A stretch of 64,000 nucleotides of DNA from contig NC_042999.1 of the NCBI RefSeq assembly GCF_006345805.1, forward strand, positions 105,896,001 to 105,960,000, in the 5' to 3' direction. The stretch comes from Octopus sinensis. Taxonomy: Eukaryota. The notes under the pieces are model-generated. The model saw only the letters and a list, made by a program, of their open reading frames with translations, did not search any database and was not told the origin of the DNA. Within the stretch, counting starts at the first letter, position 1, and the number at the start of each line of letters is the position of its first letter. This document shows positions 38,886 through 52,322 of the stretch, piece by piece. Position numbers and translations under genes: made by a program.

Positions 38886-39100
38886 ACTCTTTTACTCTTT
38901 TACTTGTTACAGTCATTTGAGTGCGGCCATGCTGGAGCACCGCCTAAAGTCGAGCAAATCGACCCCGGGACTTATTCTTTGTAAGCCCAGTACTTATTTT
39001 ATCGGTCTCTTTTTGACGAACCGCTAAGTGACGGGGACGTAAACACACCAGCATCGGTTGTCAAGCAATGCTAAGGGAACAAACACACACACACACACAT

Positions 39101-39149
<49 letters not shown>

Positions 39150-39316
39150 TATATACGACAGGCTTCTTTCCGTTTCCGTCTACCAAATCCACTCATAAGG
39201 CAGTGGTCGGCCCGGAGCTATAGCAGAAGACACATACCCAAGATGCCACGCAGTGGGACTGAACCCAGAACCATGTGGTTGGTTAGCAAGCTACTTACCA
39301 CACTGCCACTCCTGCG

Positions 39317-39320
<4 letters not shown>
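38886..39320 (-). mobile_element. SINE family B, full length with internal (TA)n/(TG)n
   Basis: Head taggcgcaggagtggcagtgtggtaag...gggttcagtcccactgcg; tail ends in tandem aaaagagt repeats on the minus strand. Confidence 0.9.
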
Positions 39321-39363
<43 letters not shown>

Positions 39364-39368
<5 letters not shown>

Positions 39369-39678
39369 AAAGAAAACAGAAAGTAGAGAAATTCTGATGC
39401 ACAACAATTGACTTCAATTATTATTTATTAATTCAATACAAATAGTCTGCATCCAATCTAACAACTGTTTTCGCTTCCAATGTTCTATGGAATTGCCATT
39501 GATATGTTAAAAATGTTTATCATATCAATAGCATATCAATGGCAATACCATACAGTATTGGCAGCAGAATCAGCTGTTAGATGGGATGCAGTCTATTTAT
39601 ATTGGATTAATAAATAATAATTGATGTAAGTCAATTGTTGTTCATCAATATGTCTTTATTTTCTGTTTTCTTTAAATT
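39364..39678. repeat. Long imperfect hairpin (arms about 145 bp, spacer about 25 bp)
   Basis: 39364-39506 aligns with the reverse complement of 39532-39678 with scattered mismatches. Confidence 0.85.
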
Positions 39679-40194
39679 TTAGTTCTTGATAAATTCATGC
39701 TTATCATTCTCTTTGCCTATAATTTACGAGCATAATATGCTTGCATATATATGCCCATGGTTAAACATAGGTAATATACCGGTAGTATAATGGATACTTT
39801 TATCCCTTAGACGATTATTTTAACCTCTAACTCAGCTAACCTATATTATATTATACACACACACACACACACATATTATATAATATTATATAATATTATA
39901 TATATATAATGCTATATTGATTATGTATTAATTTGTATTGAATGTACTAGAGTTTAAGTGTGCAACTGTTTCACTGCTGTTGTTTGCATATAGAGCCAAA
40001 TAAGAATTGCATAATATTTGCATTGTTCAGAGATAGGGACGAGGTGCAGTAACTTGGTGTCATATAAAATTCACAACAGGGAGAGAAAAGAGACATCACA
40101 TAACCCGAAATCCTAAAAAACACTCGTCGACTCCTAATATTTTGCTGAAATGTCTGTAATCAGTGGCACATAATGAAAACTAGAAATTACTTAC

Positions 40195-40289
40195 ATGCAC
40201 TTTACAGCCGCAAGCACGTCTGCCGAATTTGGCCACACAAAATAACGCACACTGAATAACACTATTAATTTTTCCTTGTAGTGTGATTC
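40195..40289 (-). CDS. Candidate internal exon
   Basis: Acceptor tctattttatag, consensus donor gtaagt, 95 nt. Two frames are open: ITLQGKINSVIQCALFCVAKFGRRACGCKVH or ESHYKEKLIVLFSVRYFVWPNSADVLAAVKC. Confidence 0.4.
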
Positions 40290-40499
40290 CTATAAAATAG
40301 ATTGAGTCATATAAATTATGTGATCGACTAATCATCGCAGAGTTATTTACATAGTGAAGATTATGTAAAATAAATCCCAAAATATTGATTCGCTAATCCG
40401 GAAGATCAGGTTAATCCCCGCTGCTGAATCATCCGACGAGAATGTATTGTAATCCGTATTGAGAATAACAAAGACTATCAGCAATCATAACTATTAGCC

Positions 40500-42885
40500 C
40501 CCGGCTATCTTCCTCACCTACCAACTATGGTTCAAGACGATGACAACCAACCAGCAATATTGAAGGCGTCGTTGCTTCAAATGTGGAGAAAAGGGCCACG
40601 TCCGCTGAAAGTGCCGAAAAAGAAAGACAACGAACAGCCTCCCCAAAAAGCTGCGAAGGTGGTAAAAGGAGAAGAAACGTCGGAAAATGCAACAGAAAAG
40701 AAAGAGAGCAATGGCAGAGGAAAAGACAGATAAGGGTGATGACACACACAAAAGAAAAAAGTACAAGTCCTAGACCCCCCCTTCCCAAACAAAAATAGCA
40801 TACAACACACACACAAAGCAAAATTTCCCAGACCAACCCCACTGTGAAACCTTTTGCCAAACCCCTCCCCAAAACAGAAGAAATAATTATTTCCTACGTG
40901 GAAAAAACGAGCCGTTGTCTACCATCATAAGAGCGCACCACAAGGCTCAAGTTTACAAAATAACTAAAGATACGCCCCCGAATATTAGATTCGCAAAAAT
41001 GGACGCAGGCCTATTTTTGGAACTGAAGGGAAGGTATCCGGAGGATATCCCACACGTCAGCTCCGAAATGGCAGACAAAAAATTAACAAGCCCAGCGGAT
41101 ATACCAATGAAAAGCTCAGCAGCTATACTTTTAAGAGAAAAGGATGGGGAGGCAGCCGAATTTGTTCAGCTCCTCCCCAAATCCAAACCGTAAGTTTCAA
41201 CTTTTTCTCCAGTTTTCACTATGGCGACTAAGTTAGAGAGTATAAATGTACGTGGGCTGGGGTCGAAATGGAAATAAACTTGCCTCCTGAACGACTTCAC
41301 ATACGTTCTCGCCTCCTCTAAATGGCTATAGAGAAATTCATTTCTCCTGGCCGACAAGGCGGAGGGGGCGTGGTGGTTCTGTTCAGGAAGACCTTGGACT
41401 TACAGGTAAGTACAGTCTTTCTGGATCCAGAATGTATGCTGGTCGTCCTAGAAGTAATCCACGAGAGTAAACAGTTCTTCATGTTGGTAGCCCCTAAGGA
41501 GTGTAGGCAGTCTGGTCTTTATCGAGACCTAGGGCAATTTCTAGTGACGTCGAAAACCGTAGTTCTATTCGGAGACTTTAGCACTGTCCTTGATGCACGG
41601 GTGGATAGTGACTGAAAGGAGGGGAAATCCTGACCTCAAACGTCTACTAGAGAGCTATAATCTAGTAGACAGTTACAGATTGGATGAGCGTTCTCCAGTG
41701 GACGTGCAGTAATCGGATCTCACATATCTTATATAGATAGGGTATTCTTTAGAGAAAGAGATAGGAATACTTTTAGTTGTCTATAATTTTATATTGTACT
41801 TTACACGGATCACAAATTTGTGACATGTGAGGTGCATATAGATAAATGTCATAGACAGGAACCAGGGTGCTGTAAGATGAACAAGTCTATTTTGGCTCGT
41901 GAAGCCTTCGTGCCCAGATTAAGGATTTAGTACAGAGGACACTACGTGACGCCATCATTAATAATAGACGGTGACACGTCCTTAAGAGAGCCATTCGTTT
42001 AGAGTCTTTTAGATTTAGCAATCAGCTAAGTTTAGATAGATCTAGAATAGAAAGCGAAGTAGTTAAGAATTTAGAGAAGGCTCTGGAATCTAGCTCTGCG
42101 GCTGGAGTGCTGTTGGCGAGAACGGCTTGTACCGTCACCTCAAAGCCAAACACGAAGGTTGCAGAGTTAGAGCTAAGCTACGTGCAGTGGGCCGAGATGG
42201 TATTAACGTTGCTGGATGGGTCCGTCGTGTGGAGTGTCAGAGGTGCAAAATAGCCTCTATAAAGTCTTTAACTGACTAACAGGGGCACATGTTCAATGGA
42301 CCGGAAAAGATGCAAAAGGCCTTTCACCAGCATTTCACCCGGGAGAGCGACGCACTCGAGTGTGGTGAGTTCCTAAAGGGCTTCCTCGCCGGTGGGCCGT
42401 GACTCTCGGCGCGTGAGACGGATACTGTGAAGGACCGATTACACCTGCAGAGGGCAAAGGGGTTTTGGCCGAGTGCGTCGATGACAACTCGCCAGGTCTG
42501 GATAGTCTACCCTATGAGTTTTATCGTAGCATGCCGAACTTGTTCGGGGACCTGCTGGCAGGCGTCTACACAAACTGGCAACAGAATGAGAGGATTCACA
42601 GCTCTGTGAGTCGGGGAGTGGTGACACTGATCCAGAAGGGGGGCACTATAAGTAATTAGAAGCCCATACCTCTACTCAATGTAGAGTTAAAGATTTTGAC
42701 TAAGGTATTAGCAAAAGGTTGACGCGTGTCGTAGAGAAGCTTGTAGAGAAGGCGCAGACATATGCCATTCCTGGCAGGTCGATCCAGGACAATCTTCACC
42801 TTATACGCTACATATTAGACAAATTAACCGGCAAAGGTGGGGCACTGGTCCATTTAGACTAAAGTAAAGCGTTTGATAGGGTAAT
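40500..42885 (+). mobile_element. Decayed L1/Tx1-type LINE: ORF1 3' part, APE endonuclease, N-terminal RT; 3'-truncated
   Basis: Knuckle CFKCGEKGHVR*KC at 40573-40614. ORF2 starts at 41221 as MATKLESINVRGL, then GGGGVVVLF, VLFGDFS, SPGLDSLPYEFY, PIPLLNVELKILTKVLA, GRSIQDNLHLIR, KAFDRV. Confidence 0.92.
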
Positions 42886-43250
42886 TGATGAGCCAGGTTT
42901 AATGAAATCATTATGGATTACACCTGCACCAGACCACCAAACACACACCATCAGCTTCTCTTGATGAAATTTGCTTTTGGGGCTGTGTTTTGCTGGTTTG
43001 TCTTTGTCCAACCATTGTGCACAACGTTTACGGTTGTTGTATTGGATCCATTTCTCATCACAGGTTACGATTCGATTAAAAAATTATTCATTTTGTGCGG
43101 AGAAAGTAGCATAATTCAGGCTTCGAAACTTTGTTGTTATTTTCTATTCAAATGGATTGCCAATTCTACTGCATCAAATATTTATTCTAAATATTCACTG
43201 ATATTAAGCTGCCGGATTAGAAGAGATCTGACATTGATTTTCATTGACCG
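42886..43250 (-). mobile_element. Mariner transposase internal fragment
   Basis: Minus-strand FFNRIVTCDEKWIQYNNRKRCAQWLDKDKPAKHSPKSKFHQEKLMVCVWWSGAGVIH (TCDEKW catalytic motif). Confidence 0.92.
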
Positions 43251-46200
43251 AAATCTGAAGGAAACCATCCGGGTTTAAAACCCCATCTATAAGTACCCTC
43301 TTACAATTAGAAATTGAAAACATTTTTATGATAAAACTCTACATAATTTCTGAGAAGGAACATATATATGTGTACCTAGGTACATAATATACACAAAACA
43401 CGTGCGGGGAAAATGAGGTGCACATATTTATACACACGTGTATACGGGGACACACATACACACACATATTTGCATGAGTATATGTCTGTGCGTGTGTTTA
43501 CGTGTATTACCAAAGTCATGCTTTGAAATACAAATGTAAATTTACAGGAAGTTATATACAGAGGATACCGTTCATAAGGACTCAGGAAGCAGTATGAAAA
43601 ATCATTTCACCAAACGATTGAATCAGTAGATGAAGAACAATTGCTCAGCGGATATTGAAGACATTAATTGCTTGCAGAAGCTTAGACAGTAATGGGCAGC
43701 TGCTTGTGAAGACATCTGTTTACTGAGGCAAATAGAAACGAGTGGTGTTTTGCATGTCTTGTCTTTAGGAAGGAATCTTTAGAAAATATCATCATTATAT
43801 GGATATATCTTTCTGAATCTCAAATACATTTCTACCGTAAAACCACCTGAAATATTGGAAAATCTGATTTAAACACGGATAAATGAATGCCAGTTTAATG
43901 CATTTACTGTTGTAAAAAAAGGTAAAGGGAAATAATATCAACCGATAAAAATACGAAACTAGACGTTTCCTGAAGTATATGCTACAAAGCGAAATGTACT
44001 GTAAACAAGGAAGAAGCATATCCTTGTCACTGTCATTATTAGATCCTAACTACCCATCACTTATCCTCCATCGCTTCGTCATTATCATCAATAACTTCCT
44101 TTTACACAAACCTATTCACATTAGTTTGATCGCTATTACTAACATCATTACTATGAATGTGGCGGCATTCACCTGCTATTCTCCATATCAAATTTGTTCT
44201 AATTGTAGCTGATATAGCCGCCATTATCTTCGCTCTCCATTCCTCTTCATCATTATCAGCATCCACACCATTACCAATATGTTTACTATGGTTATCATTT
44301 TGAATCTCACATCCGTCAAAGCCGACATTCAAAATGAATGATTCTACCCAGATTGAGTTTACATAGACAATTCACTACACTTTTTCTACCCTCATTTATG
44401 CAAATACTCATCGCCGGCAACCGCCATCATACTATGTGTCACTAATATGAACAAATAAATTATTTCAGTGTAGAAAGAAACAGAAAACAAAAATAGCAGA
44501 TACAAAGAATGTTACACGAATTTTTATGACTTAAAATTTACTGTTATACATCATGCCATCGTAGGAAACCTCTGCAAATTGCATATATCTTCGATGTCCG
44601 ATGTGAAATTTCACTTGACAGTAATGATTAGTATATCATTTTTAAAGTATATGCAAACATAGAACAGCCAGCTAGCTCTAAAATAGCCTCAGAGAAAATT
44701 TCTTTACAGATTTTGTGCTTTGAAACAACTACTTTAAGATGACTATTAAACACTAACGTTTAGTATTGATTTAGCCTCTTTAGTGACGGTCACCTTAAGT
44801 CTTATAAGAAGGTTCTACGAAACAAAATATTACCGTTCTAATTTGTATGTGAATTATAACCGATAGACCTTTTAACCTAAATATTTTTTAAGTGCTTCTA
44901 TTGATTTAATCGAACGGTATTTGTCTTGTTTTACATCAAGCTTTGTGGGGCCCTGTGTACATAATTAAGTGCTTGTTAAGACTTTGCTAGTTTGCGAACA
45001 GGATTTGTATCACAGAAAAACATTAGACACAGGGAGACCATATCCATCAATTTCTCTCTACCTAATTTAAATAATATTTATCATAATCTTTGTTACTTTT
45101 TTATTCATGTTTTTCAAAACGGTTAACGCAAGGATTATTACATAAGCTTTTTCAGCAAACTCATATTGAAATCTACCATTGCTAAATTCAAAACGATCGT
45201 AACTAATTAAAAATTGTACTTGATGCCATCCCATTATCATGTATATAAATTGAATAACTCGCATCAAATCACAACTCCAAATTTATCTCTAACTGGTGCT
45301 TTTTTATGGCAAATATATATTAACCAGAATTTTGATTACAGCATTATAGTTGCAGAAGCATTTGTTATTATATTATCAAAATCTAGTTGATTCTTACAAG
45401 ATGTTAGAAAGTGCAGAGCAAAAAGTCTACATTTCATTTAGCAGATGAAGGCTAATTTATTCATATTATATATATAAAACTACCTAGCTAAATTATCTAA
45501 TCAATTTCTTTGGGTAGAATCTCAGTAGTGATGTTAGCTTCAAATTTCAAACCCATGTAGGCTAATCGAAAGCTTGGTGGCTATTATTACTGGAAGCCGA
45601 AAATATTTCTTGCGTAGGCAAATTTTGTGTCAAAGATTCAGAAATGTTTATAGCAAAAATAACACTAGTTTTGAACACAAAACTGCCGATCCTGATAGTA
45701 GTCATGACTTAAGGATTACTTCTAAAGTACTCCACACATTGGAGGGTTTGGGATCCATGTAATTAAAAATCATCAGGAATGATGATCTCGGAAATAGGTG
45801 GAGGGAAATTGAATCAGTCAGATTATGAAGAAAAATATAGGTTTGAATAAGATCTTGAAATACAACAAAGACGCCTATTTTATTTGGAGGTGGGAAGAGG
45901 TGGGAGTGGGAAGTTGAAAAGACTGCAAAATTGGAAATTTAGGCAGCCGATATCAAATGAAAAAAAAAACATTTATAGAATAAGTAGAAACAACCTATGC
46001 ACTGCCACTTGTTTTTCAATAAAGTAGTCTCTACAGCAGATATGCACTATAGATAATGAATAAAATTTGTGAATTGGAAATAAATATGATATCTGTCTTA
46101 TGCATTGGTAACAGATGATGCTTAATCGAGAGTGTCTCGTAGAAGATAGATATTAGGTAAGTGTAGAAATAATTTTACCACGATTTGTTTTTCAATTTTT

Positions 46201-47444
46201 GGTGTACAAAGATGACGACATTTGTCTCATGCACGCACAAATGTACAAAAGCGTTTACATCTAAGCAATGATTATGTATGCCGACGAGATCCGTCAATAT
46301 CAGGGATAACAATTATAGATATGCAATAATACAGAAATCTACCAATCAACAATTTCACAGTGGCAAAGCTTAGGTACAAATTTTGATAGAAACTAGAAAA
46401 CAAACCATGAAACAAAAACTACGGAGAATATAAACAGACGAAAGACCGCAATTATAATTTTAACTGGATTAAAAAGATACAGAGACATATTCTTAGAGAA
46501 ATCTGATAAAGCTGGAGGCCCAATATGTTGAGACTCATGAAGATAGATTTTCTACGTTCCATTTCAGTGAGTGACGATTAAATTTGTGCAAACTATTCTA
46601 CGTTCATTTGTCACTCGTTCTGAAGTAGGAAGAATACATCAGGGGACTTATTGACCACTGTGTTGAGTTCAAAATCATAAATACTTAGACTTCAGTCTTG
46701 AAACAGCCGGTGCATTGGGTTCTTCAGATAGTTGTTCTTTTGCATTGCTCTAGTCTACTCCGCCAAACTAAATAAAGTTCCGGAAATGGGAATTAGTCGG
46801 TCTAGCGTTGGTGCAGTCCTTTCCCCTTGATTTTCACACTCTGGTCTAGTTGGATCAGATCATAACCAGGCGGCCTGCTCACGAATATAATCAATCGGCA
46901 AATCCGTGGTATATCTTAGGTCATAATTTCAAATCCAATAATCATAACCAAATAGCAGAGAAAACGTTAATGAGTAAAACAACCGCTTCAAATTACGAAA
47001 ATAGTAGTCACCAAGTTAATCAAGTGTACAATGCTGCTGGAAAGGTATAATCGAAGTTCTACATCATGCTGCACAGAAAATTGCTATGTTGTTCGTACTC
47101 TCTACAACCATGAACATATATACTTGTAATGATTTATACATTATTCAGAACTCTAAATCGAAAGAAATGACAACGATGCTATAGACATATCCGCGTGCAA
47201 ACATTCATCTCTAAACGAAATAATGCACAATGCCTAAATTAATGAAATCCTCATATAAATAGGTGCATTCACCTCGTGCATTCTGTAATACACGATTTTG
47301 AACTACACGATGTTTACTCGACTTCAGTATTTTGCATGAGTAAGACTAAAAGTTACCGATCGCTGTAAAATATCATGTAGGGCATATGCAAACAATCGAT
47401 GGTGAGCACGTTAATAAACTACATATCCTTGCATACAATAAGGT

Positions 47445-48900
47445 AAGGTGTGGTGGAATTATCAGGTGGCAGAGAATAAGAGGGCCTTTGAAGTGTGGTT
47501 GCAGAAAGGAGAATGGCGAGACTAATGATCTTTATAGAGAAGTGAAAAGAAGAGTAAAGAGAGTAGTGAGTGTGACGAAATGGGAGGTGAGTTACAGGTT
47601 CGGTAAAAAGTTGCGTGAAAATTTTAGTAAGAAGTAAAAAGTTGTTTTGGAAAGCGGTACAGAGGGTAAAAAGTGCGGTTGGAGGAAGGGAAGAAAAGGT
47701 GAAGGGTGTAAATGGGAACTTATTGAAAAGAAGGAAATAGGCAGAATATTTTATTTAGTTGTTAAATGTGGAGGATGTTAATGAGGCAAGTATAGTAGCT
47801 GTAGGAGGAGAGAAGAAAATGCCTGCTGTTGGGGAATGGAAGTACGGTGCAGTTGGAAGAGAGGAGGTGAGGGAATCCCTGCAGAGGATGGCAAACCGGA
47901 AGGTACTGGTGGGGGTACAGTGGAATGCCTAAAGAAGGGAGGAGTGACAGTGATTGAATGGTCAGTTCGGCTTATGAATGTTTGTTTTATGGCTGCAAGA
48001 GCAACAAGATAGTGCCACTGTACAAGGGGAAAGGGGATAAATGTGAGTGTGGAAATTCCAGGGGTATAAGTCTGGTGTGTGTGGTTGGTAAACTGTATGG
48101 GAGAATTCTGGATTTAAGAGTGAGAAACCAGACAGAGAGTGTACTAGCGGAGGAGAAGTGTAGTTTTAGGAGTGGAAGCGGATGTACAGATCAATTATTT
48201 TAGTAAGACAAATATGTGAGACGTTTTTGGCAAACGGGAGGAAGGTGTATTGGGCCTTTATGGACCTAGAGAAGGCATATAATCGAGATGACAGGAATGC
48301 AATGTGGCAGGTGGCAGAATGCAATGTGGCAGAAAGGAGGCGATTAGATGTGTTTGAGATGAGATGTCTGATTGGTGTGACACGGCTGGGCAGGATGAGG
48401 AATAAGAAGGTCCGAACACGAGCAGGAATGAGGGAAAAACTAACAACCAAATTGGGTAGACGAATGTTGAGGTAGATTGGCCACATGAAGAGGATGAATA
48501 AGGAGCGGATGGTGAGGAGAGTGATGAAGGCTGAAGTGGTAGGCAGCAGAACCAGAGGCAGACTCGGTTTATAAAAAATGGGTGGAGTGAAGAAAGCTTT
48601 GGTGGTTAGAGGTGTTGGAGTGAGAGAGACAAGAGAGTTTATAAATGATAGGAAAGATAGGAGAGTGTTTGTGGACGGATAAGGGAATTTTGATGATGCT
48701 CAAAGTGTATGGAACCCGCGTGATGCGGTGAGAGTACTCTAGCATATCCTGCCGGACTCCGCTGCTGGTATTGCGGATTGCGTTCTATGCCTTGAGCCGA
48801 GCATAGAACGGGGTTCGCCCCTTTGTGCTGGGATATGAATGGAATGCATTCTGTGTGTGTCTTGTTGTTGCTACCCCTCCAAAAAATAATGGGGAATAGG
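47445..48900 (+). mobile_element. RTE-clade LINE relic with internal deletion of the RT core, plus 3' UTR
   Basis: IVPLYKGKGDKCECGNSRGISL..GKLYGRIL..FRSGSGCTDQ..AFMDLEKAY..AMWQV is joined directly to the C-terminal NVAERRRLDVFEMRCL..IGHMKRM..RGR; no YADD region. Confidence 0.9.
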
Positions 48901-49444
48901 CCTGGGTTTATATTTAAAAAATACACTAATTCCTTTAGCACCGACATTTCGCTGACATTTCAAAAATATTGCATGAATGTTACCAGCATGTAGCGAAAAA
49001 ATATCCTCGTTTCAAGCAGATATTTCCTCAGCCGCTATTTTGGACTTTTGATGGAATAAATATATAAGCGACTTCTATTTCTGACTCCAAGAAAGTAACA
49101 TTGGATTATCTGCACGCTGTGCATTGAAAGATAGCCGCAAGAGAGTGAAGTGAATTTCATCAGGAATCATAACAGAAATTTTATGATTTATATAAACGGT
49201 GGGTCATTTTGTAGGGTCATTTTTTTTGTTTTCGTAGGGTACCGGTCCGTTCATGCCTGGTGTTAAATGGTTTTGCATGTGTAGTCTTTCGTACGTTTTT
49301 TATTATTCTTGGGTTGAATAATACCGGTATTATTTAATTTATATAAAAAATTTTGTGCTTGATGTTTGGGGACCAAGATGATCTGGTGTTGATTGGAACG
49401 TAATGTGGCGAGCGAGCAATGGAGATAATATACAGTTAAAACAC

Positions 49445-49566
49445 ATCATCATCATCATCATCATCATCTCATCATCATCATCATCGTCGTCGTCATCATC
49501 GTCATCATCGTCATCATTGTCATCATCGTCATCATCATCATCATCATCCTCATCATTATTATTATA

Positions 49567-49603
<37 letters not shown>

Positions 49604-49632
49604 TATTATTATTATTATTATTGTTATTATTA

Positions 49633-49690
<58 letters not shown>
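49445..49690. repeat. (CAT)n/(CGT)n grading into (ATT)n
   Basis: Directly visible; the (ATT)n part is the (AAT)n 3' flank of the adjacent R4-like element. Confidence 0.95.
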
Positions 49691-49691
<1 letters not shown>

Positions 49692-50417
49692 TAGTTTTAT
49701 TTTTATAGCGTGCTTTCACTTCACTACCGAGCGCAGATCTGTGTGCCTTGGGTATGTGCTGTGATTTGTTGTGATGCTCTGATGGTTATTGTATGGAAAG
49801 TGTTCTGCGTAGGATGTGTGCAGTGCCTAGTAGTGCAATTTTCTGTATGTTATATGTGTTTGTAAGTCCTGGTGTTTTTGTTATGTATTTGTCTGAATAT
49901 TTTTTTATCATGCCTAATGCACCTACTATGATAGGAATTGTTTCTGTTTTCAGATTCCACATTCTAGTTACCTCTATTTCCAGGTCTTTGTATTTTGAGA
50001 GTTTCTCCATTTCTTTTAGAGACACGTTGTCATCAGCCGGTATTGATACATCAATTAGAAAGCATTTTTTTTCTTCACGATCTCTGCCAACTATATCTGG
50101 TCTGTTGGCCTTAATTTCTCTATCTGTGTGTATCGGCATATCCCAGAGTATGGTTGCTTTCTTGTTTTCTGTGACCTTTTCTGGTGTGTGTCTATACCAT
50201 CTTTTTTCTGTTGTTATTCCATAATGTTAGCATAGCTTCCAATGTATGTAGGTTCCAACTCTGTCATGTCTGTGAATATATTCCTTCTTAGCCAGGACTG
50301 GGCAGCTAGAGATAATATGATTTATTGTTTCTTGTCCATCTCCACATATTCTCCACATATTCTGCAGTTACTTGTAATATTTCTTTTCATTACATGTTTT
50401 TGGTAATTTAGTATTTG

Positions 50418-50420
<3 letters not shown>
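49690..50420 (-). mobile_element. 5'-truncated R4/Dong-like element (CCHC knuckle + restriction-like endonuclease + 3' UTR)
   Basis: CRICG..ETINHIISSCPVLAKKEYIHRHD and ORF 49786..50139 with NRPDIV..FLIDVSIP..KLSKYKDL..PIIVGALG; flanked on both sides by (AAT)n. Confidence 0.92.
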
Positions 50421-50482
<62 letters not shown>

Positions 50483-50491
50483 TATTATTGG

Positions 50492-50697
50492 TCGCAAATT
50501 TTGGCACAAGGCTAGCAGTTTTGAAGCAGCGAACAAGTCGATTACCTTGACCCCAGTATTCAAGTGATGCTTATTTTGTCGAGAACGATGGTGAAAGGCA
50601 AAGTTGACCACGGGGAAATTTGAACTGAGAACGAGAACACGACCAAAATGCCGCTAAGCACTTTCTCTAGCACGCAAACAATCGTTCCAACCCTCCC
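50492..50697 (-). mobile_element. SINE family C
   Basis: Reverse complement of the head/body at 57004, including a B-box-like cagttcaaatt and gcctttcacc. Confidence 0.7.
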
Positions 50698-51005
50698 TTT
50701 TTGTATTATTCAGGCGCTCACTACTGTGTTCAAAGCGATTGGTGGATGTTCTACGGTAGCAACATATAGATATGTAGTATTGTATAAGAGCGATGACATC
50801 ATCGAAGTAATTCATACATATTTTACTTTCACAAATTCTCTAAAAATGCATTCGACGACGAGGTGCTGTAGTAGAAGTTACTTGTCCAATGTTTTATGCA
50901 ATGGGACTAACAGCAAATCCGGTGGTTGCAAAGTGAGCTCCTTGAATGGAGTCATGTGTATATATACATGCAACACACACACACACACACACGCACGCAC
51001 ACATA

Positions 51006-51076
<71 letters not shown>

Positions 51077-52154
51077 GTATATGGCATTGTCTATATGTGC
51101 GTGGGTGCCTGTGTGAGAGTGTGCGCATCTTTTTTGAGTGGGTGTGAATGTTCACAATTACCAGTTGTACATGTGCTCTTGTCGTATTTGTTTATTCATG
51201 AATATTTACCCAATATTTAATGAAATATGCATTATGTTGACTGCACTACCGCCTTTAGAATAAACTGTATGTTCTGTTATCATAATTCTATTAAAATGAG
51301 GAGACGAATTTCTGTAAATACCATCAAACGGGTTTCTATTTTCATATATTTTGCTTGAATCTAATTAATGTGATATGTTACTAAGTCTGGTTATGAATTA
51401 TTCTTATCTTCACCATAATTATTATCTTCCTCGTTTTCATCCTTAGTATAATCAGAAGCAGCTTCGATGTTTTCTTACATTATCAGCATTATTATTTAAG
51501 CAGTGTTTTTTTCAGACAAACCATGACTTCCTTATAAAATTTGCCGTTCTAGTCACCAGAAATATGTATATATCAGCACTAATATTTGTTTGCTTATAAT
51601 ATCTGTTATTATGATACCATTCTTAATTTTACTCTTATAATTTTTATGCCGCATTGTTGCTGGTGATCACCTAGCAATATGGTATCCCTTTAAGATAGCA
51701 AAAAACTTAAACGTTCAAACTTATATGTAGAGTTTCCTTATACTGGACCATCTCTAAAATAAATGACTAGTTTTTATGCATAAACTAGAAAGAACGGTAA
51801 ATGGAATTTGTATATCTCTTCATCTAACATACCTTTTAATTCCCAGCTGTTTGCTTTGTACACTATCAGAATGTGAACATTAATCTAATAATTTATGTCC
51901 ACGATGTTATTGTATTGATGATAAGGAAAATGTAACTGCGATGATGATAAAGGCGTTGACGATGACGGAGGCGCTGATGAAAATCTTAATGATGAAAAGG
52001 AAGAGGATGAGGATTATACTATCACTAACTCCGCTAACACGAGTAGTAAAAGATCTGATGGTGAATGTGATGTCCGATATTTTTCAAATCAAATGATTCC
52101 CGTAATATACAAAAATAGTTTAATTAAATGATAGTTGTCACAGGCTATATACCT

Positions 52155-52322
52155 ATTTCTTTACTACTCACACAGAGGATAGAAAAGGACAGACAAATGG
52201 ATTGAGTCGATTATATCGGCCCCAGTGTGTAACTGGTACTTATTTAATCGACCCCGAAAGGGTGAAAGGCAAAGTCTACCTCGGCGGAATTTGAACTCAG
52301 AATGTAGCGGCAGACGAAATAC
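52155..52322 (-). mobile_element. 5'-truncated SINE family C with 14-bp target-site duplication
   Basis: caggctatatacct at 52141-52154 and 52323-52336 flanks gagttcaaattccgccgagg...gcctttcaccctttcggggtcgattaaataagtaccag (minus strand). Confidence 0.85.

Noticed and set aside
46496-46832. Plus-strand two-exon candidate (RNLIKLEAQYVETHEDRFSTFHF / IYSAKLNKVPEMG...)
   Set aside because: Good splice dinucleotides and compatible phase, but a short unrecognisable peptide with no linked exons; chance cannot be excluded.
51930-52075. Acidic peptide DDDKGVDDDGGADENLNDEKEED
   Set aside because: Best explained as a decayed (GAT)n microsatellite; similar decayed (CAT)n tracts occur at about 4380-4480 and 44050-44300.
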